A DNA stretch of 52,580 nt from an uncultured Actinomycetota bacterium (GCA_964438785.1 CAYTLZ010000002.1:1-52580), one strand, 5' to 3'; positions 9,446 through 20,650 are shown, numbered from the stretch's first letter. A program made the numbers and translations. The notes: generated by a model from the letters alone, not told the origin.

Positions 9446-10566
9446 CGGCCCGTCACCGTGATCGTGCCGGCGGGACCGTCCACGACGTGACCGATCGCCG
9501 CGGCCCGGTGGCCGGTGTCGTCGAGACCGGCGAGCAGCGCCTCCACGCCCGCCGGCGGGCAGCTCAGCAGCAGCCCACCGGAGGTCTGGGCATCCGCGAG
9601 CAGCAGCAGGTCGGTGTCGCCCGGGGTGCCGGTCAGATACCGCGCCGCCTGGTCGGCGTTGCGTTGCGACCCGCCCGGGACGTGGCCCGCTGCGAGCAGC
9701 GCCTCGACCCCGTCGAGCAGTGGGACGGTGGCGGCGTCCACCTCGGCGGCGACGCCGCTGGCGGTCGCCACCCGGTGCAGATGGCCGAGCAGCCCGAAGC
9801 CGGTCACGTCGGTCGCGGCGTTGACGCCGTGGGTGCGGGCCAGCCCGGCCGCGTCGGCGTTGGTGCGGGTCATCGAGGTGACCGCGGCCGCGTAGGCGGT
9901 CGCGAGCACGCCGTCGTCGCTGCCGCCGTCGCTGCCACCGTGACCGCTGCCGCCGCTGCTTCCGGTGTCACCGCCGGTCAGCGGTGCCGAGCGTTTCAGC
10001 GCCGTGGTCACGATGCCGGTACCCAGCGGCTTGGTCAGCACCAGCACCTCGCCGGGGCGTGCGCCGGCGTTGGTGAGGATGTCGGTCTCGGCCGCATCCC
10101 CGATGACGACCTGGCCGAACAACGGCTCCGCGCTGTCGATCGAATGGCCGCCGGCGATGACGTAGCCGGCACCGCGGGCGACCTCGACGGCACCGTCGAG
10201 CACCTGTCGCAGCACGTCGAAGTCGAGTTCGCGCGGCCACCCGACGAGGTTCAGGGCGAACCTCGGTGTCGCCCCCATCGCATAGACGTCGCTGACCGCG
10301 TTGGTCGCGGCGATGCGGCCCCAGTCGCGGGCGTCGTCGACCAGCGGGGTGAAGAAGTCCGTGGTCGCGACGAGCACGCGGCCATCGGGCTGGCGGTACA
10401 CGGCCGCGTCGTCGCCGCTGCCGAGCCCGACGAGCAGGTCCTCGTGTCCGGGCCAGCTCACGCCCGACAGGATGCCGGTCAGCTCGTCGAGGCTCAGTTT
10501 GCAGGCGCATCCCGCACCGTGGCTGAGCGAGGTGAGCCTGGGCCTGTCGTCGTCGGCGGCCATCAT
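9442..10566 (-). CDS. selD: Selenide, water dikinase SelD (Cys-type active site)
   Basis: The motif LTSLSHGAGCACKL matches the SelD GAGCxCK motif, with Cys rather than Sec. The protein has an AIR-synthase-like fold. I chose the ATG at 10566, and a GTG at 10608 is an alternative start. There is a Gly/Ser/Asp-rich insert (GGDTGSSGGSGHGGSDGGSDDG). Confidence 0.85.
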   Translation of the reverse strand: MMAADDDRPRLTSLSHGAGCACKLSLDELTGILSGVSWPGHEDLLVGLGSGDDAAVYRQPDGRVLVATTDFFTPLVDDARDWGRIAATNAVSDVYAMGATPRFALNLVGWPRELDFDVLRQVLDGAVEVARGAGYVIAGGHSIDSAEPLFGQVVIGDAAETDILTNAGARPGEVLVLTKPLGTGIVTTALKRSAPLTGGDTGSSGGSGHGGSDGGSDDGVLATAYAAAVTSMTRTNADAAGLARTHGVNAATDVTGFGLLGHLHRVATASGVAAEVDAATVPLLDGVEALLAAGHVPGGSQRNADQAARYLTGTPGDTDLLLLADAQTSGGLLLSCPPAGVEALLAGLDDTGHRAAAIGHVVDGPAGTITVTGR

Positions 10567-10679
10567 CGTCCTCGTCGTCGTGCAGCGGTTCGCCGGGCCC
10601 GATGGCACCGCCGCCCGGTGGGGTCGTCAGCGGTGCCGGGATCGCCGTGGAGTACCGTGCCACGCGGCACATCGTGCTG

Positions 10680-10775
10680 GGAGGTGTCCGGACGCCTGGT
10701 GGGTCCCCCGGTCTTCAACACCGGTGAGAGGTCGCATGAGCGGCCTCTGGCGGGTTCGATTCCCGTCCACCTCCG
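10680..10775 (+). tRNA. selC: tRNA-Sec (anticodon UCA)
   Basis: Hand-folded. The acceptor pairs GGAGGTG(T) with (C)CACCTCC and is followed by discriminator G. The anticodon stem CCGGT/ACCGG carries loop CTTCAAC with TCA centred. The long variable arm is AGAGGTCGC-ATGA-GCGGCCTCT (9 bp). The T arm is GCGGG-TTCGATT-CCCGT. It is 96 nt long with no encoded CCA, and it sits divergent from selD. Confidence 0.9.
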
Positions 10776-10909
10776 CTCGTGGCCGGGGCTGTCTGCGCTC
10801 ATCGTACGGGCGTCGGCGCGCATCCGGCAGGGTTGTGACCCTCGGTGCCATAACCTTCGCGATCGCCTGGGAGGGCGGTCCGTCGTCGGGAATGTGGAGA
10901 GGGAGCAGC

Positions 10910-12094
10910 ATGGTCAGCACCGGTTGGTTCGAGTCCGTCGCGCAGGCGCAGAAGCGCGCCAAGCGGCTGCTGCCGCACTCGGTGTACGGCGCGCTGATCG
11001 CCGGCTCCGAGCAGGGCGTGTCGTACCGCGACAACCTCGGGGCCTTCGCCGAACTCGGTCTGGCCCCCAAGGTCGCGGACCTGCCGGCGGAACGGGCCAT
11101 GGCCCGCACCGTGCTCGGCCAGGACGTCGCCATGCCGGTACTGCTCTCGCCCACCGGCGTGCAGGCGGTCCATCCCGACGGCGAGGTGGCGGTCGCGCGG
11201 GCGGCGGCGGCGCGCGGGGTGGCGATGGGGCTGTCCTCGTTCGCGTCCAAGCCGATCGAGGAGGTCGTCCCCGCCAACCCGCGGACGCTGTTCCAGATGT
11301 ACTGGCTGGGCTCCCGCGACGACCTGCTCGCGCGCCTCGAGCGGGCCCGCACGGCCGGGGCGGTCGGCATCATCCTGACGCTCGACTGGTCGTTCTCGCA
11401 CGGTCGCGACTGGGGCAGCCCGTCGATCCCGGAGAAGGTCGACCTCAAGACGATGGCCCAGCACGCGCTGCCGAGCCTGGCGCACCCGCAGTGGCTCGGC
11501 CGGTTCCTGCGGGCCGGTGAGCTGCCGGATCTGACCGTCCCCAACGTCACTCCGGCGGACGCCGACAAGCTGACGTTCTTCGGGGCCTACGGGCAGTGGA
11601 TGGGCACCCCGCCGCCGACCTGGGAGGACGTCGCCTGGCTGCGGTCGCACTGGGACGGACCGTTCATGGTCAAGGGCATCTGCCGCGTCGACGAGGCGAA
11701 GAACGCCGTGCAGGCCGGGGTCAGCGCCATCTCCGTGTCGAACCACGGCGGCAACAACATCGACTCCACACCCGCGCCGATCCGCACCCTGCCCGCGATC
11801 GCCGAGGCCGTCGGTGACGACATCGAGGTGCTGCTCGACAGCGGCATCCGTCGGGGCAGCGACGTCGTCAAGGCGCTGGCGATGGGCGCGAAGGCCGTGA
11901 TGATCGGCCGGGCGTATCTGTGGGGCCTGGCCGTCAACGGCCAGGCCGGCGTGGAGAACGTGCTCGACATCCTGCGCGGCGGGATGGACTCGACCCTGCG
12001 CGCGCTCGGCAAGGCGTCGATCGACGAGCTCGGCCCCGACGACGTCATCGTGCCCGACGGGTTCCTGCGCCGGCTCGGTGACGATGCGCCCTGA
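10910..12094 (+). CDS. FMN-dependent alpha-hydroxy-acid dehydrogenase (LldD / MftD-like)
   Basis: ATG with a GGAGAGGGAG RBS. The motifs WFESVAQAQKRAKRLLP, GLSSFASKPIEEV, ISVSNHGGNN and GRAYLWGL closely resemble my recollection of M. tuberculosis Rv0694. The upstream part of the 597-aa ORF runs through the tRNA and is not coding. Confidence 0.85.
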   Translation: MVSTGWFESVAQAQKRAKRLLPHSVYGALIAGSEQGVSYRDNLGAFAELGLAPKVADLPAERAMARTVLGQDVAMPVLLSPTGVQAVHPDGEVAVARAAAARGVAMGLSSFASKPIEEVVPANPRTLFQMYWLGSRDDLLARLERARTAGAVGIILTLDWSFSHGRDWGSPSIPEKVDLKTMAQHALPSLAHPQWLGRFLRAGELPDLTVPNVTPADADKLTFFGAYGQWMGTPPPTWEDVAWLRSHWDGPFMVKGICRVDEAKNAVQAGVSAISVSNHGGNNIDSTPAPIRTLPAIAEAVGDDIEVLLDSGIRRGSDVVKALAMGAKAVMIGRAYLWGLAVNGQAGVENVLDILRGGMDSTLRALGKASIDELGPDDVIVPDGFLRRLGDDAP

Positions 12095-12114
12095 ACGCGG
12101 CGCGGGACGCGGGT

Positions 12115-12420
12115 TCAGAACACGAATGCCACGGTGAGGATCGCCGCCCAGCCCGCGCCGGTGACCGCCAGGGTCTTGTTCCAGTCGAGTTCGGAGAAGA
12201 TGAGCCAGCCCGCGGTGGCCAGGATCCCGAGGAACAGGATCAGCACCAGCATGTTGCCGCCGCCGGCGGTGCCCTGGTGGTAGGCGAGCAACGGGGCGAG
12301 AGCGGTGGTCAGTGGCGTCATGCTGGCGACCTGAGGGTGGACGACATGCGGGCAGGGCGGCTCGGACGAGCCGCCGTTCAGTGTGTCAACACCCCTCGGC
12401 CCGGCGGTGTTCCCGCCCAC
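12115..12420 (-). CDS. Small two-TM membrane protein, hypothetical, downstream of copA
   Basis: GC3 is very high in the last 68 codons (MTPLTTALAPLL...AILTVAFVF), which contain two hydrophobic helices. The start is ambiguous: GTG at 12420 or ATG at 12321. Confidence 0.55.
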   Translation of the reverse strand: MGGNTAGPRGVDTLNGGSSEPPCPHVVHPQVASMTPLTTALAPLLAYHQGTAGGGNMLVLILFLGILATAGWLIFSELDWNKTLAVTGAGWAAILTVAFVF

Positions 12421-12461
12421 CGTCGATTCCCGGTCGTCGCTGCGCCGCCGGCGGGCGGTCG

Positions 12462-15008
<2,547 letters not shown>

Positions 15009-15059
15009 GGGAGCGGTCGATCCGTCTCGGTGGTGCGGGTGGGGTGGTGACCGCGGCCG

Positions 15060-15350
15060 TCAGGACTTGATGAGCCGGGCGATGGCCTGGGTGGCCTCGG
15101 TGACCTTGGCGCGGGCCTCCTCGTCGTCGCCCTCGCGGGCCGCGTTGGCGACGCAGTGCGCGACGTGTTCGTCGAGCAACCCGACGGCGACACTCTTGAG
15201 CGCGCCGTTGACCGCCGCGATCTGCTGCAGGACGTCGATGCAGTAGACGTCGTCCTCGATCATGCGCTGCAGACCACGGACCTGCCCCTCGATGCGCTTG
15301 AGGCGACCGGCGTACTGGTCCTTGGTCATCGTGTAGCCGCGGCGCGTCAT
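15060..15350 (-). CDS. csoR: CsoR-family copper-sensing transcriptional repressor
   Basis: The 96-aa protein reads RLKRIEGQVRGLQRMIEDDVYCIDVLQQI...DEHVAHC, which gives the C-H-C ligand pattern. The ATG has a GAGGAG RBS. Confidence 0.9.
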   Translation of the reverse strand: MTRRGYTMTKDQYAGRLKRIEGQVRGLQRMIEDDVYCIDVLQQIAAVNGALKSVAVGLLDEHVAHCVANAAREGDDEEARAKVTEATQAIARLIKS

Positions 15351-15361
15351 GGCGGTTCTCC

Positions 15362-15580
15362 TCAGGCGTCGATCGGCGTCGTCGGGTACCCGGCGTCGGC
15401 GAGTGCCGCCTCGATCCGATCGGCGCCGAGCTGCGCATCGTCGTAGGTGACGGTGGTGACGCGACGGTCGAGATCGACCACGACGGCCTCGACCCCCGGC
15501 AGGGCCTCGGCGGCCTCCGTGATGTGCGCCTGGCACGACCCGCAGGACGCATCCGGGGTCTGGACGGTGAGGGTGGACAT
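15362..15580 (-). CDS. copZ: CopZ-like heavy-metal-associated (HMA) domain protein
   Basis: The 72-aa protein has a ferredoxin-like HMA pattern with the CxxC motif as ASCGSC (Ser in place of the usual Met/Thr). It is the first gene of the cop operon. Confidence 0.75.
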   Translation of the reverse strand: MSTLTVQTPDASCGSCQAHITEAAEALPGVEAVVVDLDRRVTTVTYDDAQLGADRIEAALADAGYPTTPIDA

Positions 15581-15649
15581 GGTGGTGGCCTTCGGGTCCG
15601 ATGGGGGCGTGGCGGCCGGCGTCGGCCGTGCCCGGGGAACGCGTCGAAG

Positions 15650-15666
15650 ATACCCCATAGGGGTAT
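15650..15666. promoter_or_regulatory. Probable CsoR operator (palindrome ATACCCC-ATA-GGGGTAT)
   Basis: A perfect 7-bp inverted repeat with a G/C tract flanked by TA(C), about 70 nt upstream of the copZ-like ATG. It matches the general shape of described CsoR boxes. Confidence 0.6.
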
Positions 15667-15728
15667 ACAGTCAAACCGGTACGGGCGTGCGGTCCGCCGC
15701 CACCGGTTCCCGGGACGGCCGTCGCTCG

Positions 15729-15793
15729 CCGACCCGTCCGGCCGACCCGTCCGGCCGGCCCGTCCGGCCGGCCCGTCCGTGCGACCCGTGTCA
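15729..15793. repeat. 13-bp tandem repeat, about 5 units (CCGACCCGTCCGG x2, CCGGCCCGTCCGG, then two degenerate units)
   Basis: Read directly from the sequence. The unit length is not a multiple of 3. The repeat sits between the GNAT stop codon and the cop promoter. Confidence 0.8.
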
Positions 15794-16705
15794 GCCGCAA
15801 CAGCCGGTCCGGGCACCCAGTCGACGCTCGATGTCGGCGGTCGTCGGACGGCCGGGGCCCGCGCCCCGCAGCAGGATGCGCTCGGGCTCGTGGCGGGCTC
15901 CGAGCCGTTCGGCCAGTCGCCGATGCTCCGGGCGGTCGGCGTCGAGCAGGTGCACCACCAAATCGGCGTCGTCGACCAGTGGACAGCCCTCTCCGGTGAG
16001 CTCCGGGCACGGCGCGGATGCCCGCCGGGCACTCGGTCCCGCACAGATGGCCACGTCGATGCCCGCGGCCCGCAGCCGCTGTTCACCCGACCACGACGCC
16101 GAGGTGGCCTCGATCAGCAGCCGCGGTCGTGATCGATCCGGCCAGGGCGGCGCGCCGGTGGCGGATCCGATGACGATGCCGACGACCTGCGGCTCGGGGC
16201 GCTCGATGGTCACCCCACCGAGTCGGCGCATCAGGCCCATCATCGGCCCATTGGTCGCGAGCACGTCGCCGTAGAGCATGGGGATGCCGCGCGTCGCCGC
16301 CTCCCGCCGCAACCGTTCGAACATCGCGGTGCCGAGTCCGCCGCGGGCGTCGGCGGCCACGGACAGCGCGAACTCGGCCATTCCCTCGCCGCGTTCGACG
16401 AACCCACCCTCGGCCAGGATCCGTGGCCCCGGGTCGGCCACCTCGCCGTCGGCTGCGTCGTGCCCGGCCGCCTCGCCGTCCGGTCCGTCGGTGCCGGGAG
16501 CGTCGGGCGGTTCGACGGCGACGATCGAGACGGCGTCGGTGATGGACAACCATCGGTCGACGTGGTCGGCCACGTCGCTCGGTCCGAAGAAGCGCAGGCG
16601 GCGATCGGCCTCGGGCAGGGCCTCGAAGAACGCGATCAGCCCCGCACGGTCGGCGGGGGTGGTGGGCCGGAAGTGCCAGCCGGCGGCGTCGGCATGGGCC
16701 GTCAT
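15791..16705 (-). CDS. GNAT-family N-acetyltransferase with an uncharacterised Cys-containing C-terminal domain
   Basis: It has GNAT-like N-terminal and core sequences (FRPTTPADRAGLIAFF, LSVAADARGGLGTAMFERL). I chose the ATG at 16705, and a GTG at 16753 is an alternative start. Confidence 0.7.
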   Translation of the reverse strand: MTAHADAAGWHFRPTTPADRAGLIAFFEALPEADRRLRFFGPSDVADHVDRWLSITDAVSIVAVEPPDAPGTDGPDGEAAGHDAADGEVADPGPRILAEGGFVERGEGMAEFALSVAADARGGLGTAMFERLRREAATRGIPMLYGDVLATNGPMMGLMRRLGGVTIERPEPQVVGIVIGSATGAPPWPDRSRPRLLIEATSASWSGEQRLRAAGIDVAICAGPSARRASAPCPELTGEGCPLVDDADLVVHLLDADRPEHRRLAERLGARHEPERILLRGAGPGRPTTADIERRLGARTGCCG

Positions 16706-16932
16706 CGGGGTCCCGATCAGCGACAGGGTGTGGTGATCACCCTGCCGGTGCACCGGGTCCGCGGCCAGGGGCGAACGACTCTGACCGGTGGGTCAGTCGT
16801 TCCCGCGTCGATCCGGCGGTGGGCGGGGGGCGGCCGGCGGCTCTACGGTGCGGCGAACACCATGCCCCAGGCCACACGCGAGTCCAGGCCTGGCCGCCCG
16901 AGCGTGCGACCAGTCCCGGCAGGAGCCACGTC

Positions 16933-19401
16933 ATGTCCGAGCCAACGCCGGCCACCGGGAACACCGGGAACCCCGGATCCACGTCGCCCCGGGACGACGA
17001 CGCGTCGACCATCGTCGCGGGGCTGAGCCTCGAGCAGAAGGTCCGGCTGCTGTCCGGGCGGGACCACTGGCACCTCGAAGCCGTCGCGTCGGTGGGGCTG
17101 CCCGCGATCATGGTGACCGACGGTCCGCACGGTCTGCGCAAGCAGGCCGGCAGCGGTGATCACCTCGGGCTCGGTGAGTCCGTCCCGGCGACCTGCTTCC
17201 CGACCGCGGTGGGGCTCGCCGCCACCTTCGACGAGGACCTGCTCACCGAGATCGGCGCGGCACTCGGCCGGGAATGTCAGGCCGAGGACGTCGGGGTCCT
17301 GCTCGGCCCCGGGCTCAACATCAAGCGCCACCCGGCCGGTGGCCGCAACTTCGAGTACTTCTCGGAGGACCCGATCGTGTCGGGCCGGCTCGCCGCCGCG
17401 CTCGTGCGGGGGGTGCAGTCGCAGGGTGTCGGGGCGTGTCTCAAGCACTTCGCGGCCAACCATCAGGAGACCTTCCGGATGGTCATCGACACCATCGTCG
17501 ACCAGCGCACCCTGCGCGAGCTGGAGCTGACCGGGTTCGAACTCGCCGTGCAGGGCTCGCGGCCCTGGTCGGTGATGACGGGCTACAACCAGCTCAACGG
17601 CACGTTCTGTTCCGACGACCACTGGCTGCTCACCGAGGTCCTGCGCGACAGCTGGGGCTTCGACGGGCTGGTGATGACCGACTGGGGCGGGATGAACGAC
17701 CGCGTCGCCGCGACCCGTGCCGGCTGCGACCTGGAGATGCCGGGTGGCGGCGACGCGTTCGATGCGGAGCTGATCGCCGCGGTCAGGCGCGGCGAGCTCG
17801 ACGAGGCGGCGATCGACGTGGTCGCCGCGCGGATCGTCGAACTGATCATCCGCGTGCGCGCCAACGCCCGTCCCGACGCCACCGCCGACCTCGACGCGCA
17901 CCACGATTTGGCCCGTCGGGCCGCCGCGGACGCGACCGTGCTGCTCGCCAACGACGGCATCCTGCCGCTGGCAGCGGACACGCTCGGCTCGGTCGCCGTC
18001 ATCGGGTCGTTCGCGGTCAGCCCGCGGTTCCAGGGTGCCGGTAGTTCGCAGGTCCGACCGACCCGGCTCGACGCGGCACTGCCCGCCCTGCGCGAACGGC
18101 TCGGTGGCACCCGGATCGACTACGCGCCGGGCTACGAGGTCGCCACCGGGACCACCACGTCCTCGCTCGTGACCGAGGCCGCGGCGGCCGCCGCCGGTGC
18201 GGACGTCGCCGTGGTGTTCGTCGGGCTGCCGGCGAGCTACGAATCGGAGGGGTTCGACCGCCAGCATCTGGGACTCCCGGCCGGCCACACCCGGCTGATC
18301 GAGGCGGTGCTGGACGCGAACCCCCGCACGGTGGTGGTGCTCACCAACGGCGCGCCGGTCGAGCTGCCATGGGCCGACCGCGCCGCCGCACTGCTCGAGG
18401 GCTACCTCGGGGGCCAGGCCGGTGGCAGCGCGATCGTCGACGTGCTCGTCGGTGACCGTGAGCCCGGCGGTCGGCTGGCCGAGAGTTTCCCCGTCCGCGG
18501 CTCCGACCTCGCCGCGGACGCCAACTTCCCCGGCCATCCCAAGCAGGTCGAGCACCGCGAGGGTCTGCTGGTCGGCTACCGCTTCCACGACACCGCGGGG
18601 GTCCCGGCCCGATTCCCGTTCGGTCACGGGCTCGGCTACACGACCTTCGAACTCACCGGTGCCACGTGCCGCGGCGAGGGCACCGACCGCACCGTCAGCG
18701 TCGAGGTGGTCAACACCGGCGATCGCGCGGGTGCGACGGTCGTGCAGCTCTACGTCCGCGACGTCGAGGCATCGGTTCCCCGCCCCGCCAAGGAGCTGAA
18801 GGCGTTCGCCAAGGTCCGGCTCGACCCGGGGGAGCGCACAGGCGTCGAGCTCGACCTCGATCGCCGCTCGTTCGCCTTCTGGGACGTCGGCGTCGGTGAC
18901 TGGGTCGTCGAGTCCGGCGCATTCGAACTGCTGGTCGGCACCTCCTCGACCGACATCCACCACCGCATCGAGGTGGCCGTCGAGTCGGACGACGCGGTCA
19001 CCCCGGCCCCGGCGACGACCGGCCCGATCGCGACCGATGCCGAGTTCACCGCCATGCTCGGTCACCCGGTCCCGGTGCCCCGCGCGGTCCAGCCGTTCGA
19101 CCGCAACACCACGGTCGCGGACCTGGCCACGACCTCGGCGGGACGGCGGCTGCAGACGCTGATCCTGCGGGAGGGTGCGAAGCGGACCGATGCGGGGACG
19201 GCCGAGGGCGACGACGCCACCCGGCGGATGTTCGAGGCGGTGATCCGGCAGGCCCCGTTGCGGTCGCTGCCGTTGCTCGGCGGCGGGACGCCCCCGCTGA
19301 GCGCCATCGACGCCGCGATCGACACCCTCAACGGCGAGCCCGGGCTGGCGGTCCGCCGGACTGCCGAGCGCCTGCGGGCCTGGGCGGACCGCTCGGGCTG
19401 A
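16933..19401 (+). CDS. Glycoside hydrolase family 3 beta-glucosidase (BglX-like)
   Basis: AGGAG RBS 7 nt before the ATG. It has the motifs LSLEQKVRLLSG, VTDGPHGLR, KHFAANHQE and MTDWGG, plus a C-terminal Fn3-like domain. Confidence 0.9.
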   Translation: MSEPTPATGNTGNPGSTSPRDDDASTIVAGLSLEQKVRLLSGRDHWHLEAVASVGLPAIMVTDGPHGLRKQAGSGDHLGLGESVPATCFPTAVGLAATFDEDLLTEIGAALGRECQAEDVGVLLGPGLNIKRHPAGGRNFEYFSEDPIVSGRLAAALVRGVQSQGVGACLKHFAANHQETFRMVIDTIVDQRTLRELELTGFELAVQGSRPWSVMTGYNQLNGTFCSDDHWLLTEVLRDSWGFDGLVMTDWGGMNDRVAATRAGCDLEMPGGGDAFDAELIAAVRRGELDEAAIDVVAARIVELIIRVRANARPDATADLDAHHDLARRAAADATVLLANDGILPLAADTLGSVAVIGSFAVSPRFQGAGSSQVRPTRLDAALPALRERLGGTRIDYAPGYEVATGTTTSSLVTEAAAAAAGADVAVVFVGLPASYESEGFDRQHLGLPAGHTRLIEAVLDANPRTVVVLTNGAPVELPWADRAAALLEGYLGGQAGGSAIVDVLVGDREPGGRLAESFPVRGSDLAADANFPGHPKQVEHREGLLVGYRFHDTAGVPARFPFGHGLGYTTFELTGATCRGEGTDRTVSVEVVNTGDRAGATVVQLYVRDVEASVPRPAKELKAFAKVRLDPGERTGVELDLDRRSFAFWDVGVGDWVVESGAFELLVGTSSTDIHHRIEVAVESDDAVTPAPATTGPIATDAEFTAMLGHPVPVPRAVQPFDRNTTVADLATTSAGRRLQTLILREGAKRTDAGTAEGDDATRRMFEAVIRQAPLRSLPLLGGGTPPLSAIDAAIDTLNGEPGLAVRRTAERLRAWADRSG

Positions 19402-19425
19402 CGCGTACGGCCCGTCGCGCCAACC

Positions 19426-19450
19426 GGGCACCGGTCACGGTCCGGTGCCC
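19426..19450. terminator. Hairpin between convergent genes (GGGCACCGG-tcacggt-CCGGTGCCC)
   Basis: A perfect 9-bp stem lying exactly between the GH3 stop (19401) and the kinase stop (19451). It has no U-tract, as is common in GC-rich actinobacteria. Confidence 0.5.
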
Positions 19451-20650
19451 TCAGCCGAACCAGTCGCCGACCTGATCCCGCACGGATCGGCCGAGGCCCT
19501 CCCAGCGCTCGGCGTCGCCGAGCACCTCGAACGACAGCCCGGCATCGGTCAGGCCGAGATAGCCGACCAGTCCGGCGGCGAGCACGATCAGCCCCAGCAT
19601 CACCCGCGCCAGGGCACGACGCAGCCGACCCCGCCGTCGCCGGCGGGCCGGCCGGCGGCCACTGCCCGAACCTGAACCCGGACCCTGGCGCGGCGCGTCG
19701 GCCCGCGCCGTCGCGGCAGCCCCCGTGCCCGGCGGTGCCGCGCCGACGGGGACCACGGGCGGCATCGCGAGGTCGCTACCGCCGACCAGTCGGGCCAGCT
19801 CCCGGCGGGCCCGATCGTCCGCCAATGGTGCCAGCGTGCTCGCGAAGGCCGCCCCGTCGACGTGGCGCTGCGCCGGATCGCGGCGGGTCGCCCGCTGGAT
19901 GGTGGCATCGAGTGCCGGTGGCACGTCGCGGACCAGTTTGGCGGCCGGGGTGAGATCGCCGGTGAGTCGGCGTGCGGCCACCTCGGAGGCGTTGCCCTCG
20001 CCCCACGGCTGGCGGCCGGTGAGCGCCTCGTGCAGGACCAGCCCCAGGGAGTACACGTCGGCGCGGACGTCGACCGGGTCGTCGCGCAGCTGCTCCGGGC
20101 TCAGGTACCGGGCCGTGCCCATCACCGATCCGGGCAGCGTCAACCGCGACGCCGAACCGCCCAGCGCCCGGGCGATCCCGAAGTCGGCCACCTTCGCGAT
20201 GCCCTCGCGGGTGAACAGCACGTTCGCCGGTTTCACGTCCCGGTGCACCAGACCCCGGGCGTGCGCGGCCCCCAGTGCGGCCGCGATCGCCCGCCCGATC
20301 TCGGCGACGACGCCCGCCGCCAACGGCCCGTGGCCGAGCAGTTCGGCCAGGCTGGGGCCGTCGACCAGTTCCATGACCAGCAGCTCACGGCCGTCGCTCG
20401 CCCCGATGTCGTAGACGGTGACGACATGGGGGTGGGCCAGCTTGGCGGCGGCGGTGGCCTCGTGGCGGAAGCGGGCCGCGGCGGTGACGTCGTCGGCCAC
20501 GTCGCTGTGCAGCAGCTTGATCGCCACCGCCCGGTCCAGCAGCTCGTCGTGCGCGCGCCACACCACACCGGCACCGCCCCGACCGATCTGCGCGTCGAGC
20601 CGATACCGGTCGGCGAGCAGCTCACCGGCCGCGGGCTGGTCCGCCACCAT
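19451..20650 (-). CDS. Ser/Thr protein kinase with a C-terminal TM anchor and a short extracellular tail
   Basis: It has the motifs GRGGAGVVWRA, AIK, HRDVKPANVLF and DFG. An Arg-rich stretch is followed by the TM segment VMLGLIVLAAGLVGYL. I chose the ATG at 20650. Confidence 0.85.
   Translation of the reverse strand: MVADQPAAGELLADRYRLDAQIGRGGAGVVWRAHDELLDRAVAIKLLHSDVADDVTAAARFRHEATAAAKLAHPHVVTVYDIGASDGRELLVMELVDGPSLAELLGHGPLAAGVVAEIGRAIAAALGAAHARGLVHRDVKPANVLFTREGIAKVADFGIARALGGSASRLTLPGSVMGTARYLSPEQLRDDPVDVRADVYSLGLVLHEALTGRQPWGEGNASEVAARRLTGDLTPAAKLVRDVPPALDATIQRATRRDPAQRHVDGAAFASTLAPLADDRARRELARLVGGSDLAMPPVVPVGAAPPGTGAAATARADAPRQGPGSGSGSGRRPARRRRRGRLRRALARVMLGLIVLAAGLVGYLGLTDAGLSFEVLGDAERWEGLGRSVRDQVGDWFG

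Noticed and set aside
5189-10608. A selenoneine (senABC-type) or other selenometabolite cluster, suggested by egtD lying next to selD.
   Set aside because: No EgtB/SenA-like sulfoxide or selenoxide synthase and no SenB-like glycosyltransferase is present. The selD here is embedded in canonical selA-selB-tRNA-Sec machinery. I kept this only as a weak positional remark in the egtD finding.
10600-10910. A genomic island or integration site at tRNA-Sec.
   Set aside because: No integrase, direct repeat of the tRNA 3' end, or compositional shift is visible on either side. The flanking genes are ordinary metabolic genes with the same codon bias.
10910-12094. A mycofactocin biosynthesis locus, suggested by the MftD-like gene.
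   Set aside because: No radical-SAM MftC, MftB chaperone, MftE peptidase or MftF glycosyltransferase is in the window, and no small GVY-terminated peptide ORF lies nearby.
15729-15793. Tandem repeats considered as CRISPR-like arrays (the 13-bp array here, the 15-bp array at 51766-51860 and the 28-bp duplication at 42489-42544).
   Set aside because: The units are contiguous with no spacers, the units are too short or too few, and no cas genes are present.
15700-15800. The GNAT protein ends ...TGCCG followed by TGA, reminiscent of GCUG-type C-terminal selenocysteine motifs. The locus is 5 kb from the sel genes.
   Set aside because: Read-through would translate the 13-bp tandem repeat, which has no coding periodicity, and I could not identify a SECIS-like hairpin in the right place. 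The simplest reading is that TGA is a normal stop.
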